A DNA stretch of 64,000 bases from Lepidodermella squamata (lineage: Eukaryota; Animalia; Gastrotricha). This document shows, one piece after another, positions 49,429 through 63,600 of the stretch. The position numbers and the translations under genes are program-made. How positions within the stretch are numbered: position 1 is the stretch's first letter; each line of letters begins with the position of its first letter. The stretch lies in contig JBLDXI010000017.1 of NCBI GenBank assembly GCA_047495785.1, positions 2,790,001 to 2,854,000 on the forward strand, read 5' to 3'. The notes under the pieces were generated by a model that saw only the letters and a program-made list of their open reading frames with translations, did no database searches and was not told the origin of the DNA.

Positions 49429-52400
49429 CTACTGTTTCTTCTCGGTGAAAAGAGTTGACTCGAGGCATTCATCGAGTTCGCGACGAACTTGGTAAATGGC
49501 CTGCAGGACGTGTCGGCGCATGTTGACATCGCTAAGCGGCGAGCTGGCGAGCTCCTCCACAAGACGAACGCTCATTTCATGCAATTCATCAGCCATGGCA
49601 CCCATATCTCCCGACCTTCGACTCGGAGTGGCCACCACGTTCTCAGAAGGCGGAGGAGGCAGAGGCTTCGTTGGTGACATGCGAGCAACGTCCAGCTTAG
49701 TCGGCTGTTTCGGTTTCTTTTCCGGCTTAACAGCAGGCTTCAACGAAACCTCGGCTGTGCTTTTAACTGTCTCGATTTGGGGACCAGCTGCTTGTTGTTT
49801 TTCTGGTGAGTTCTTTTTCTTCCCAGGCTGTTCGATGCTAACCTTGGGTTCCAGCTTCTCTGCTACTGGCACTGGAGGAGCAATTGGCTCGACCGTTACA
49901 GCAGGCTGCGGTGCAACCGGAGCCTCAATCTTTTCGGGCGACGTCTCATTTTCGGCTGGTTTCGCCAAAATCTTTGCGTAAGATGCTAGACTAGCAGGCG
50001 GATTTGCTGCTGGCTTTGGCTGAAGATTCCCACTAGACAAGGCGGGGAAGTCGTCCGGGGAAGGCAACTTCTGGGTTTCCTTATCAGGAGACACCCGCGG
50101 CGAAGAAAAGAGTGGCGACATCGGTGGAGTGGGGTCTTCAACTGGCTTCACTAGAGGCGATGCCAAAGCTTCAGCAACTTTCTGTACCAACTTTTCTACC
50201 ACAGGTTTTACAGGTTCTTCGACCTTAGCAACTGGTTTCACAGGTTCAACAGGCTTTGACGTAGGAGATGCAGCTGTCGGCTCTGCAGGCTGTTTCAGTT
50301 CAACAGAAGTCTTAGGGACTTCGGTAGGCTTAGAATCCTTGCCCTTGCCTTTTGAAGCCTTACTAGCTTCGACAGTTGAAGGTTCCGGCTTGCTTTGCTG
50401 AATAGGAGCTTCAGCCTGCTTCAAAGCTGATGGCGAAGAAACTGTTTCGGCTGCCGGCTTAGTAGCCAAAACTTGCGTAGTCTCCTTAGCCTTTGGTTTA
50501 TCAACTTTAGCGCTGTCAGAGATTTCTGGCTTGACTTCAGGTGACTTTGGCGCCTCGGGAGTTGTGGGAGATTCTTTAGGCTTAGTTGGCGATATGGGTT
50601 TAGCTGTCTCCGGCGATTCTGATTCCGACTTTCTCTGCTTGCCCTTTTCTCCTTTTTCCGCCTTCGGTTGTTTTTCTTTCTTTTGCTTCTTTTCCTCCTT
50701 AACGGCGGCTTCCACAGCAGCTACGGGTTTAGCAGACGGAGCAACAGCCTCAACTGGAGTATTTGGAGGCGGAGCAACAGCTTCGACTGGTGACTTTGCT
50801 GCCGGAGCAACGGCTTCCTTCTTGGGCTTCTTTTCCTCCTTCACTGCTTCTTCAGTAGCCGAGGGCTTTACAGCCGGTGCTACAGCTTCGACTGAAGTCT
50901 TTGCAGGAGATTCTTTCTTTAGTTTTTCCTCCTTAACGGTGGCTTCTACAGCAGCAGCGGGCTTAGCAGCCGGAGCAACGGCTTCCTTCTTGGGCTTCTT
51001 TTCCTCCTTCACTGCTTCTTCAGTAGCTGAGGGCTTTACAGCCGGTGCTACAGCTTCGACTGAAGTCTTTGCAGGAGATTCTTTCTTTGGCTTTTCCTCC
51101 TCAGCAGCAGCGGGCTTAGCGGCCGGAGAAACAGCTTCGACTGTAGACTTTGCTGCCGGAGCAACAGCTTCCTTCTTTTGCTTCTTCCCCTCCTTAACAG
51201 CGGCTTCTGGAGCAGCCGCGGGCTTTACAGCCGGAGCAACAGCTTCGACTGGGGTCTTTGTTTCCGGGGCAACAGTCTCCTTCTTGGGCTTCTTTACCTC
51301 CTTAACGGCTTCTGCGGGCTTTGCAACCGGAGTAGCAGCTTCGACTGGAGTATTTGGAGGCGGAGCAACAGCTTCGACTGGTGACTTTGCTGCCGGAGCA
51401 GCGGATTCCTTCTTCGACTTCTTTTCCTCTTTAACGGCTTCTGCGGGCTTTACAGCCGGAGCTACAGCTTCAACTGGGGTCTTTGCTGCCGGAGCAACAG
51501 TCTCCTTCTTCTTGTCCTCCTTAACAGTGGCTTCTACAGCAACTGTGGGCTTTGCAACGGGAGCAACAGCTTCGACCGAAGTTTTTGCAGCTTCAACTGT
51601 AGGCGCCACTGTGAGGACTACCCACGGATCATCAATCGGAGTCCGAGATGTTGTAACTGAGGAGTCTGATTTATCCGACTTCTTTCCCTCCGATTTCTTC
51701 TCAGACTTCTTGACAGCGGGAGTTTCCTGAATAGGTTTCTCCTCAACAACAGGGCTTGTAGAAGAAGTCGAGTTATTTTTCGAACGCTCACTATTCGCGC
51801 TTGGAGTTCGACTCTGCTTTTTTGCTGCCAGCGATTTCTGCTCTGTCGGCGAACCCTTGTCCGAACCGTTGGAGGTCTGTCGAGTCATGCACGCTGCTCT
51901 TTTTTGTTCAAGCTGTTCGATCGAAGGTGCTTTCCAGACGAAAATGCAACCGTCAGTAGCTACCGTAATGAAGCGCTGCGAAGACGGCAAAAACTTCAAA
52001 GCTGACATTTGTTCGCTGTGACCTGATGTCGTAGCTACCAGACGATCGTGCGAGCTGCGGTCTTTTTTAACGTCCCAAGCGCGATACGCCAGGGAAATTG
52101 ATTTATCAGAGCAGATTGTTGCCAACAAGCTACCAGTCGAGTCGACGCTAAAGCGCTTCAGCGTACCATCGTTGGTACCAGCGCCGGCATAGCTGCTAAT
52201 TGGCTCATTGCTACTAGTTGCTGAAAGGTCGTAGATTCGAACCATGCGATCGTGGCAAGCAACAGCCAGAGTTGCTTGCTTTTCGTTGATTTCTAAATCA
52301 TGCGGCGAGCATGGGAGAACAATTTGCCGGCCGTCGTCGAACTTTCCAATCTCTGACTCGGCCACCTTAGCTGTATGGATGCGGACTGATTTGTCCTGAG

Positions 52401-54282
52401 ATGATGAAATCAGCTGAAGTTCGCCTTTAATCTGAGCGAAACGTAGGCCGTTGATAGCACTTGACTGAAGTGACTTCAAATTCTGATGAATCGAGTACTT
52501 TTTGTCGACGTTAAAGATCGAGATAAAGCCATCACAGCCTCCCGAAGCGAGGAGTCTAACGTTAGGTACCCGTGAGAATTCAAGAGCTAAGACGCTCGAG
52601 CTGTGACCAGCGGCTGGCGGTTCGGCGGGTTTAGGAGTCGAAAATTTGCCGAAATTAGCCAGGTCGAAAACGCGAACACGCCCGTCGCGAAAACCAGCCG
52701 CTAGCTCACGGCCATTCGGGTTGAATGCGATGCACGTAGCAACGCTAGAGCTATCGGGCTCCTGCTTGTTGTTCTGAAGCTCGACGAGATCGGCACAATA
52801 AATCACGTCGTATAATTCCTTAAAATGTTAAATCCAACTTAAAAATCGGAAAACAACAAAGAAATCATGCTTACAAAATCAGGTTTCGCATCAACTGGTT
52901 TCCAAATACGAATTGTGCCGTCATTAGCGCATGTTGCAAAGCTGTTTTTCGGCAGAATTGGGTGATCCACGTTAGGGTAAACGTCAAGGCCGAGAATACG
53001 GCAAGCGTGGAAGTGCCAAGATGCTACCTTAGTCACATTGGCCAAGTTGGCAACGTTCCAAACGTAAATCGATCGGTCCGAATAAAGAGCCGCAAGTCGA
53101 TTGTTACCCATCCAAGCGAGTGCAATTGTATCAGGATGAACGCTGACTTCAGCAGCATGCTCTTCATTCACTGCAACTTTCTTATCGCTAAGGATGTTGT
53201 CGCTACGATGCGGTTTAGGCAGGGTGCCCTGCTCGACGTCGACCAATGATTTAGCGCCGACGACTTTAATGGTACCATTTCCGCAGCCGACGAATAAATG
53301 CCCGGCTCCGTCGGTTGCTAGGGCGAAGACGTGCTTAGCGTCATCGAGCAACTTCTCCTTAGAACGCAAAACCCATCTTTCCCTGCGTTCCTTTCCATTC
53401 CCGTTCTTCGTGGCTTCGGCCGAAAACTTGCAAAGCGACTTGCCGTAAGCCGCGATAGCGTGATTGGCGTCGGCGTAGATTGCATCCGAAAATGATCGTT
53501 TTGCAATCGCGCCATTCGGCACGACGCCCTTGAGGAAATACCGACCTTCGCGTTCTTCCTCAATGTACCAAAACTTGGCATGTCCCTTGCCAACGGTTAG
53601 GAAGTGCTGCGAGTCAGCAGCGTTCGGAAAAACGACGGCATGAACTTCGGCCGTGTTTTTCGTCGAGGTGATGCGCTCACGCTTGCGCCAGCTCCAAACG
53701 TTGATCGTGTTGTCGAAGTGATTTCCGACTGAAATCAAGTACTTGTCGTCCGGCGAGAACGCGACGAATGGGATGGCATTGTCATGTCCGTCAAAGTGGG
53801 CATACTGCTGTCCTGTAGCGACTTCCCAGATGCGAACCGACGGCTTGTGGCCACTCTAAAAAAAATCAAACCAAAATCAAATTTTAATTTAATTTTAAAG
53901 CTCACCTCTCCTGAAGCAATAAATTTTCCATCGTTGGAAAAAGCAAGAGCGACGACTTCCTTCTTGGACAGGTTGATAATTCGCGACTGAGTTCCAAGCT
54001 TGGAATCGACTACGACAACAATGCATCTATTTTTCAATATATTATTTCCATATTCATATGCTGGCGATGACTTTGAAAACTAACCCGGCAGAATAGGCGA
54101 GTAGACCCGAGGCTCGGTGGCTCACAAAGGCGGCGTTCGAGGCAGATGTAGTGCCCGTCGCAAACTCGCAAATCAATTGCTATTCGTTCAGAACAAAATA
54201 ATGAATAGAGCTGTAAAAAAGGCGTTAAAATTCATACCTGATTCGGCGAGTTTTCCGGATTGCCGCCACCCTGTGGAGCCAT
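49429..54282 (-). CDS. MAPKBP1/WDR62-family WD40 protein, paralogue Y with P/A/K/E/V-rich repetitive tail
   Basis: GLLAYSAG|C, LAFSNDGKFIASGE, HPDTIAL, YSDRSIYVW, FATCANDGTIRIW, VACHDRMVRIY, SGHSEQMSALKF, TVATDGCIFVW. Confidence 0.87.
50690..51600 (-). repeat. Coding minisatellite-like array (AVAPAAKP..EAVKEEKKPKKE units)
   Basis: Near-identical 120-bp blocks at 50801-50920 and 50969-51088 (168-bp period). The block AAKSPVEAVAPPPNTPVEA occurs at about 50750-50810 and 51340-51400. Confidence 0.9.
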
Positions 54283-55521
54283 GTTACCAATTTTTGAAAG
54301 TAATTTCCCTATAGTTATTAATTAAACACTGCAATTGTAGATAATTTTATATGTTTCCACTGCATGTAAACTCAACCTAGTCAATTTATGTGCAACATAA
54401 AGCAGCGGTGTGTATAGATGCAGTAACGTTCACCTATATACGCAATAGACATTATTATTTTTTCTATGAGATATACCAATCACGGCCAAATAGAACTTAC
54501 ATGGGTGCGTTAGGGGTAAACGCGCAGGGTGAAAGTCATCATGGCTATTAATATAACGTATAGGAAACCCTGAAGCGCACCCAACCACCGGCGCAATGTT
54601 TAGCCGAACGGAATGAAAAAACGTAGGAATTCCCATAGATAGCGGTATAATATGAAACGCCATTCGCGCGCTCATAAAATATTATGAGGATATAACACCG
54701 TTAAATACGTTCAAGTGTACCATGTGTTCCCGATGATGTGATGAAAAAACGTGCCGCATTTTTTGGCTATATCTGAATAGCTGCCTCCTAGTTTTTGCCT
54801 CCCTCCATTTACCGCTTTGGGCGGATATGAATGTTTTTAGCAATATTATTATTATTATTATTATAACTAGAGCTTGTAGCGGCATGATCGCATTGTTCCT
54901 CTATCATCGGTTGCTTTACAACGTACAGATCCTTCATATGTTCGCTTGCTGAAATGTTACGCAATGAAATATAACGGCGATGTCAACAAAATTCGGCGTA
55001 AAAAACTGGTTATGATTTTTACCATTTTTTTTATACGGGAAATGCCTTGCCAAAGATCATCGTTGAATGCTCGCTGCTACAGACATTTATCGTAATGCGC
55101 ATTTCGGTTCTTGCGCGCATTGTAAGTTTTTTAGTCCGAAAAAAACGATTTCCGCGTACATTCGGCTGTAGCATCTCATTCAACGCGCCTACTTCGGACA
55201 GAAAATTGTATTATTTTTCAGCGACCGAAACATGATTCTTCTCGTATCACCCAACTATTTACATTTACAATATATTGTATCAAAAATATGCTGCTCATTT
55301 GGCACACGGAAACCGTTTCAGACTTATTTTATTCCGAGTGCAATCTGCTGTGAAAGTGATCTTTGAAATAAAATCAAGACGCCAGACTTGATCATCAGCT
55401 GTTTCGTAGCTGGTCTAACCACAAGCAGTCGGGCGCGTGGGGGTCGCGTGCCATGTGATGGTTCATCACAGAATCAGTCCGAGCAAATGAAATTAATAAC
55501 ATAAAACGTCTTTATTTTGAA

Positions 55522-56241
55522 ATGCTTGACAAAAACGACGTAGCTCCCGACCTGTCGCTGTCTGCAGAATTCAAGGCGCTTGCAGATCAGTCTTTCGACA
55601 ACGGCGACTTCGAAAAGGCATCAGAATTATACAGCCAAGCGATAGCAGCGAATCCGACCGATTGCAAACTTTATGGCAATCGATCTCTTTGTTATTTTAA
55701 TCTACACAATTTCGCAGATGCATTGCTAGGTTTTTCTTTCAAGTTTTTTTCGGTATTACTTGATTCAGCTTGCAATTCGCTAGATGCTGATAAATCCCTT
55801 GAGATTAATCCTCGATATCTCAAAGGTCACGTTCGACGATTTAGAAGCCTGTACAAGCTCGGCCGTGTCGATGAAGGCGATCAGTGCTTTGAGGAGGTTT
55901 GCCGGTTGTTTCCAGACCAACAGGTACTGTCATTAAATTTCTCCTTCAAATAGTTTTACCCAACTTCTTAATTTCAGGATGAAATCGCTGGTGTCAGACT
56001 AACCGGACTGATGGAACCTGTTAGTCACGAGCATCACGAGCATCACGAGAATCGTGGCTTGGTTCAAAAATTGACCTCATTTTTTGGCTGCAGCCCCGCC
56101 GGGAAGAGCAGCCACGATGACCGTGATTCAGATTCTGCCGATGATACCGAAGACACCCGGGTTATAACCAGCCAGGATGAAATCGAAACAACTCACGAAT
56201 CTTGCGCGATTCGAAAGCGTGACACCCACCATTCTGATTGA
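55522..56241 (+). CDS. Small TPR-domain protein (3-TPR co-chaperone-like clamp), 3 exons
   Basis: AEFKALADQSFDNGDFEKASELYSQAIAANP, LYGNRSLCYFNL, DADKSLEINPRYLKGHVRR, acidic His-rich tail. Introns at about 55729-55782 and 55924-55977. Confidence 0.8.
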
Positions 56242-57638
56242 AATTGTTTTAACACCAATAAAAAAAGGTTCAATAATTTCTCATCTGCACGTTTTTATTT
56301 TCCATTTCAACAACAGAGAGGCGTTACATGAATTTGAAAGCCAGCTCTGGACCGATGCCACGTAATACAGGTTTTATATTTTACTTTTCCAAATATAGGC
56401 GTTTATAACAACCGCAAAAGGCGCGTTATATCGACATCACTGATAGAATATAATCGCGTATCATTTTATAGATAGATGCAGGAAGATTTCGCAATTGAAA
56501 AAAAAATTACGCTATCAACTTTGTTCGTCGGTGTGTACTCTTGAAGTGGGGCAATCATAGGTATATATGATAAACAAAAATTTTGTCACACCATACAAGT
56601 TTGGCGAAATGAAAACGCTGATTTTCAGCCCCGAGTTTCTTTTTGTTCATCGTGCAGTTCGGTTCAAACAAACTCAAAATAACAACTGAGGCCTAGACGA
56701 AGTAGTAGTCATAGTAGAAAAGTTTGTTCTGATGTCGTGTGTAAGAAGCAAAGGTTACTGAATCAATGGGTTTATTTGCCGTAGGTCCGGTGTTTGTGTA
56801 CGTAACCCAGGAGGGAATGATGAGCAGAGGCAGACAGGCAGGCGTAAAGCGGGCTACAAACAAAAGAGCGCGGTTCTCGGACAAAAACGAGGCGAGAGAG
56901 GGTGCACTGGAGATCAGCGCCAGAAAGTAGGATGGGCTCGTCAGAATGTTTTAGCGGAGTCACGTAAACAACCTCGACACAAAAACAACTAGTAGTTGCC
57001 ATGAAAAAAGCAGCTCAACACAGACTTATTACTATTAGGCACTGAGACAACGTGCAGGCACCATTGTTTTTCTGATGGATTTGTCTAGAGAATAGCAGAA
57101 CCAAGCGAAGAGAAAGAGAGAGACATGAAGCGCGATTTGTATCTCAAATGTGATAATTTCATTTTTTTACTGAAGAATGAACTGTTTATTGTCTCGTGTC
57201 ATGCCTTTAGGGAGTACAATACAGCGACAGCATTGGCACAGACCGCGCGACCTTGTCAAAAGCGCCTCTTTGAATTATCATCAACATCATGAGGAAGTTG
57301 GTAGGTGCATAAGTAAATGAACGCAAATAAATGATTGCCATTCTCGAAATTTTTATCAAATAAAAAAACATTTTTTATATTAGCGCGCGTATAATTATCA
57401 TTGCTAATAGTTGATTTTTTTTCATCATGTAAAATAAAGGTGGAAGCAAAGAACGAATCGCTCGCTTGTGTAATAATAATAATAATAATATACCTGTTTT
57501 ATTCGGAGAACAAAAAAATGCATCTTTATCATCAGAACGAAATAATGTTATGTGCGACTCATCAAGATTTCGACAACCAGCAGTCGGTTCAAATAATAGT
57601 AGGAAATAGTAGCAATAATACTTGAATAGTTCAGAAAT

Positions 57639-60600
57639 TCAGCTATTGTAAAGATCTTCCGACGCCCGATCCTGGCACCGGTCAAATTGACGTCGAGCTT
57701 CGAACATCACCTGCAGCAATCGTTTCCGGTTTCGCTCCTCCGTTACCGTACGCTCGCGCGGCGGAACAGACTGGTAGCGGTCGAATTCGCCCAAGATTCG
57801 AGTTGTAAGGGTCTGCCAAGCTGAAACCAGGTCTTCAACCAGTTCGTGTTCCTTCGCAGGGTCAGACGCGTGATGCCCATTTGTACCGTTAGTCCGTTGA
57901 TTCGCTGAGACGTTACGCAAATCAGCGACGGACATGCTGGTCGAGAATGCCAACTTTCGCTGTTGCATAGAATTACCGACTTCAGAAACCGTGCCATTAA
58001 CCATGATCTGGCCATTCCTCAGTGAAGAAGTTTCGTTGTAAGAACCCTCCTCATCTGTATCAGCCGGCTGCCCTCCGTTACGGCTGCCGTTCTTTGAGTA
58101 AGACATCATCGATAAATTTTCGACACTGACCGACCTGAAAACAAAATTGTTAAAAATCCACCTTAAAAACTGGAATTCTGATATAACTGACCTATCACGA
58201 GCTCGGTCGTTGTCGAGGGATCGCGGGGACTGCTTGTTATTTTCCTGGCCCTGCTGTTGGGGCGACGGTTTAGTAGCAGCGACCGGTTGTTGCTGCTGAT
58301 TTGTCGCCCCGGTGGTACCAGACGGAGACGTCAACGGGCGGCGGAGGTTCGATATAAGCACAACACTCGGCCGTTTACCCGCCGTGGCTGGTTGAGGCGA
58401 TCCGTTCGAAACCGGTGGTACGTGCGGGCTGGTTGCCGTGGCTGACATCGAGCCGGTAGATGGGCGACGCACACTTCGAGCTGACAGCGGCGAGTTAGCA
58501 TCGTAAGCGACCGACGACGCATCGGGCTGTTCGTTCTGCTCCGGAATAACCGTGACTGTTTTGATCGACTTCAAATCATCGTAGTTGTTAGCTGTCGACG
58601 AGTTGTTGTTGATTAACCGGACGAGAGGCCCATCAGCTGGTATGGTCGTCGTCGTAGGGTTCGACGGGTGAACAATGCCGACAATTGGGACACGGCGAAG
58701 TGGGGACGGTACGTGAGGGTCAGTCGAAGTCGGAGTAGTCGCTGCTGGTTTCGTTTGTACCGGCTGGTTCGACACCGAACCAGTCGGCGCTACAGTGGGG
58801 GGACTCGCGAGTGGGGAAGCTCGTAAAGCTCGCTTCTCCCGCTCCAACTCACGCCGTAAAATATCACCAGGCGACTCACTGCTACTAGTTCCAGCGGTTG
58901 ACGACGAATCACTGCTCAAAGCAGGCGAGGTGGCTCGTAACATAGCGTTGGCCAACACTTTAGATTTGAACTGACCAACGTCCTGCCCCTGGCCGCCGGG
59001 TAAACCGAGGGAGTTTGGCTTATTTTGAACCGCGGCTAGCGCCCGGTCGAGGTCCATTGGCGAGAGGGTGGTTCCGGGTTGAGGTGACGGGGCTGAGAGA
59101 GCATTCGCGGGTGATTTCGAAGAATTAACACTGCGACCACTGTCCTGCTGAACCCCGCTGTCCAGCTCCTCCTCGTCGTCGTCGAACGTCGCAGAAATAC
59201 TGACCTTCACGCCAGGGGCTGATAGCGCGGATTCAGACCCAGATCGATTCCGACTTTGCCGCATAGCTCTTAGAGCGTATGCTTTACGTTCCGCAGGGCT
59301 TCTCGGTAAAGAAATCATGCGTTCGTGTAAATCACTCATTCCGCCGATCGACGAGGCGTTATCTTCCGGCTCGGTGTCTGTCTCGCTGAAAATCGCATTT
59401 GCGACCGCGGCGGCTGAAAGACCGGATGAAAGGTCGGGCGTTGATTGAAACATGGCCTTCGACGGCACCGCCCTCGCAACTACAACCGGATGGTGATTCT
59501 GATGGTGGCCGTTCGATGATGTCGCTGAATGCCGGACTAGACCTGGTAAAGGGTGGTCGCCGTGGCTACCGTTAGCCAGACCCAACTGGGGTACGGTAGC
59601 GATCATCGTGCTCGAGCTGGATCGAGGCATTCGCGAATTCTTAGCCGCCGAACTCATCGTCGGTTGCATGAATGCTGGGACTTTGACCGGGGGCTTCGCG
59701 AACCCGGACGAAAGGGAGGTTTTCGCCGGGGTGTGGAGTACCCCGTTGTTCTCCTGGTTGCCATTGATAACGGCGGCGAGGTCGGTTGCGGTTCTTGAGC
59801 GACGGACCAGGCTGTTGGGCCGGGTGACAGCCATGCCATTATTACTGGAGCCGCCGCCTCCATCGACAGCTATGCAAAAGAAGGCAGTGGCAGAAATAAG
59901 TTGGGACGTCATACTTAAAAACTCAAGTCAAACTAACGAGCTGGCTTTTTGAAGACTGACGGCTCGTCGCGCAGTTTGTTTGCCAAGTGTTGTTGCTGTT
60001 GTTGCTCGAGTAATTTCTTGAGCGACGGCTGCGGAGGCGTCTGGGCAGCCTGCATTTTCACAGAAATTGATACAGTGAATTACATTTTAGGTCCAGGCAA
60101 CAGCGCAGCGGTGGCGGTGGTGTTGGTGTGATGTTAGTTAGCAATGTACACCCATGCATGAACTTTGTATTTACAGTTTACTACTGCTGCTACTGTGCGA
60201 AATAACAACACGGCGCGGCGCAGCTAATAACGAGGTAAATGAAAGAAGACCATTCAAGCAAGTGAGCTTGAGCGCCGCTGGGCTAAGCCAAGCGCCGAAA
60301 GGCAAGTCGCGCCGCCGATTGATTTCAGCTTGAGAACAAAGACTCGGCGGTGAATGAGAGGGTGCTAACAGCGCGCTTCGTAAAGCCAAGCGCGAGGCCA
60401 ACGCGCGCGATTAATAAAACAAAGCGTTATTTCACTCACCCTGCCGGACAGTCCCGAACTGGCGCTGGGTGATCGGCCGATGGGCAGTGTCCCAGCCGTG
60501 TTTACTTGGCTCGAAGAATGAATATCGGCTGAAAAACAACATCATAGCTAGAATTAGACGACGAAATGACAATCAAAAGCAACTAGACCCCCCTGGTTTA

Positions 60601-63600
60601 TGGCTACGTTATATCTACCAGAATTTCTAGCAATGAGAACCAATAGCACAATAAATGAAAACCCATATTAGCATTGTAATAAAATAGCCCACAATTTCAG
60701 AGCAGCAGTGCTACACTCTCTACAAATATAGAATTAATTAATTTTATCACCTTTGTTTCAAGTAAAACAAAAATCTAGCAAATAGCAAATTTTGACAACA
60801 AAAATAAAATAAGATAAGCTAAAAAAAATTGTAAGAAAAATCAAATTGCCCCCGGGTCATTAATTGAAAGCGGAACGGTTGATCAGATAATAGTACTAAC
60901 CTGATTCTTCGTCAATAGGAGGGGTAGGCGAAGTTAAATGCTCGTCGGTAACCGATTGTCGAGGGCTAGAAGGTCCAGCAGCCGGCAGGTGTGACCACAG
61001 CTTGTTGGCACTCTTCGGGGGTGAGGTAAATTTCGCACCAGAAAGCCAGTTATTGCCATTGGTGTTTTGAAGGAAGCCCGAGTCGGTAATCACAACACCT
61101 GAAGCCATATCATCCTCCTCGTCCACAATTTCCTCATCGTCATCAAGCGATGCCCATGCTGTTTTAACGGCAGGCACAACCTCGACACCGCCAGTTTCTT
61201 CAGTTTTAATAATTAAGGTGGCGCTACTGCCACGTTCGCCCCATTTAGCGCGCGTGCTCGGCCTGGCGACTGGGACAGGGTCGTCGACACTCGTTTCCTT
61301 TAGCTGTTTCAAAGTCCATTCAGGGAGCTGATCGAGCGGGGTCTGCTTTTCAGTGGCACTATTGCGGCCGCCATTAGACTGATCGAATTGCTGGACAGAT
61401 GTTCCGACTGCCGCGCTCGATCCGCCGAAGACCGATTTTCGCAGCATATTCGTCTGAGGGACAACGGCAGCAGTTGCCAAGTTGGTGTTACTCGCGGCCA
61501 GAGAAGACAATTGTTCTTCGACGCTAGTCGAGCGAGTAGCACCTAATTTTTTGGTCGGCGGCTGAACGGCGGTCGGGGCCTTAATTGACAACGGCCTGAC
61601 AATGCCACGTTTCAATTCTTCGAGTCGGCTCGTCAGCAGGTTGATGAGATCGTTGGAGAGTCGCCAAACGAAAATGCAACTATATAGTACAGTAGTAGTA
61701 GTATAGAAACAAAGCAAATAAAAATTGGTCGTAGAGAAAAACAATGCAAGTGAGCTGTTTCTCTTCCAGGTATATTAGTTTAATGCACAACACAATACGC
61801 GCGAGAGTTGAATCGGCAGACAAAAACTCGGCGCATCATTATTATTATTATTGATACTTGCCTCTGAGTATACATTAAAAGCAAGCCTTTCTGCGCGAAT
61901 TTATGCATGTATGTTGTGCAGCAGCAGCACAACCAGGCTATGGCATTACTATGTTTGCTGCTCTTGCGATAATACCTCCACGAGAGATAAAGTTTAGAAT
62001 TTACATAACGAGCGCGATAACGTGAGCCAAAACTAAATCACGGCACACGTGTCGGCGGTGTGCACCCGCTCGAGTCGTAAAAAAAATTGGCCATTAAAAG
62101 ACTAATTCAGCCTAACAATTGCCACTGAAATGAGATTGCTCAGATTCAACCCTAATAGCAATAAAGTTTAAGGTGGACAATAATCCAACTAAAAATTGAC
62201 CAATTTACCAGCTGTTAGAAAAATGCGAAAAACTGGGCATATTTCCGGCGTATCTCACAACTATTTTCTCGTAGTACATAGTAACCAAGCTGATAAGAGT
62301 GTGAAACACAGCTTACCTGTCGGCTGAAACGGTGACGAATCGCTTTAGGTCGGGTAAGAACTTGACGCCAGTAATCTGTTCGCTATGGCCAGATGTTGTA
62401 GCCAACACCTCGCCGGTGTAAAAGTCGACAATTGACACTGTTTTATCGCTGCAAGCAGCGGCAAACAGCGTGCCGGTTGGGTCGAGGCTGAAACGCACTA
62501 GTGTCCCGTCCTCGGATGCAGAGCCGCGGTACTTGCACCGCAATTTGCCCGTCGCAATGCTAATCACGCGAATCATGCGGTCCTGGCAGGCAACGGCAAC
62601 AAATCGCTGCGTTGGCTCCGTCTCCATGTCGTACAAAGTCGATTTGTTGCCAACGTTGTTAGACAACGAGAACTGGCCGACGCACATCGAGCCGTTGTGC
62701 TGGTTAACATTCACATCGGCCGAGCGAATTAAGATGGATTTATCGGCAGAACACGACATGAGCAACATCTGCAATTTCTCCTCGCCTGCGTTCGAGCCAT
62801 TAGACGCGCCGTTTGTTGCCTGAACAGCCGGCGTGACTTTCTGCGAGAATTTAAGCGCCGTGATAGACGACGAGTGATCAGTGTCGAAAGTTTGATGAAT
62901 CGAGTAGTTATCAGCCGCATTCAGCACGTGGACGTACCGATCACGGCCGCCTGATGCTAACATCAGCGGCCCATCGACCCCTCGCGAGTATTCTAGGGCC
63001 AGAATTTCGCCATCATGTGCCTCAACGGTCACGTCGTTGTTAAAATTATTGTGGATGTTGTACACCTTAATATTTCCGGCTCGAAGGCCAGCGCAGATGT
63101 GACTGCCGTCTGGGCTAACGGTAACGCACCTAACTCCGCGATTATCAGTCGGCAAAGGAGGTGCGCTGCCAGTTGATGGGGTCGATGCGGTTGAAGACGA
63201 GCCAAACGGCACGAATCCCGAAATGGAAGATGGGTTTGGCCCTATTGCTCCCATGTTACTTTCAGTTCCGCCGATCCCCGCGTTAGCTAGAGACTCGTTG
63301 TCACAGAGATTTGCATAGTTTGAGTCGACGTAAATAATTTTCAGCAATTCCTGTACAAAGTTGAAAGGTTCAGTCATAGCTCAATCTCAAAAAAATCCGC
63401 ATAATGAGGCGGAAAAGGTTTGTTTGCTCTCATAAAAAAACCGCTTTAGCAATTACAAGCGAATCCGGTACTTGACCCAAAATCAATATTCGTGATCCAA
63501 ATCATTGTCTAGAATTTTCATTTTTTCCAATCCTATTTTCCGTCATTTTTTATCCAGCTTAGATATTATAATCGTTTGCTGAAAATTCCCGCATAATTAT

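Noticed and set aside
50531-51730. 399-aa plus-strand ORF
   Set aside because: Antisense shadow of the repetitive tail of paralogue Y.
28512-58190. Several in-frame, stop-free short introns (K2P-A, RTEL1, TPR, paralogue Z)
   Set aside because: About four among several dozen short introns is not obviously above chance.
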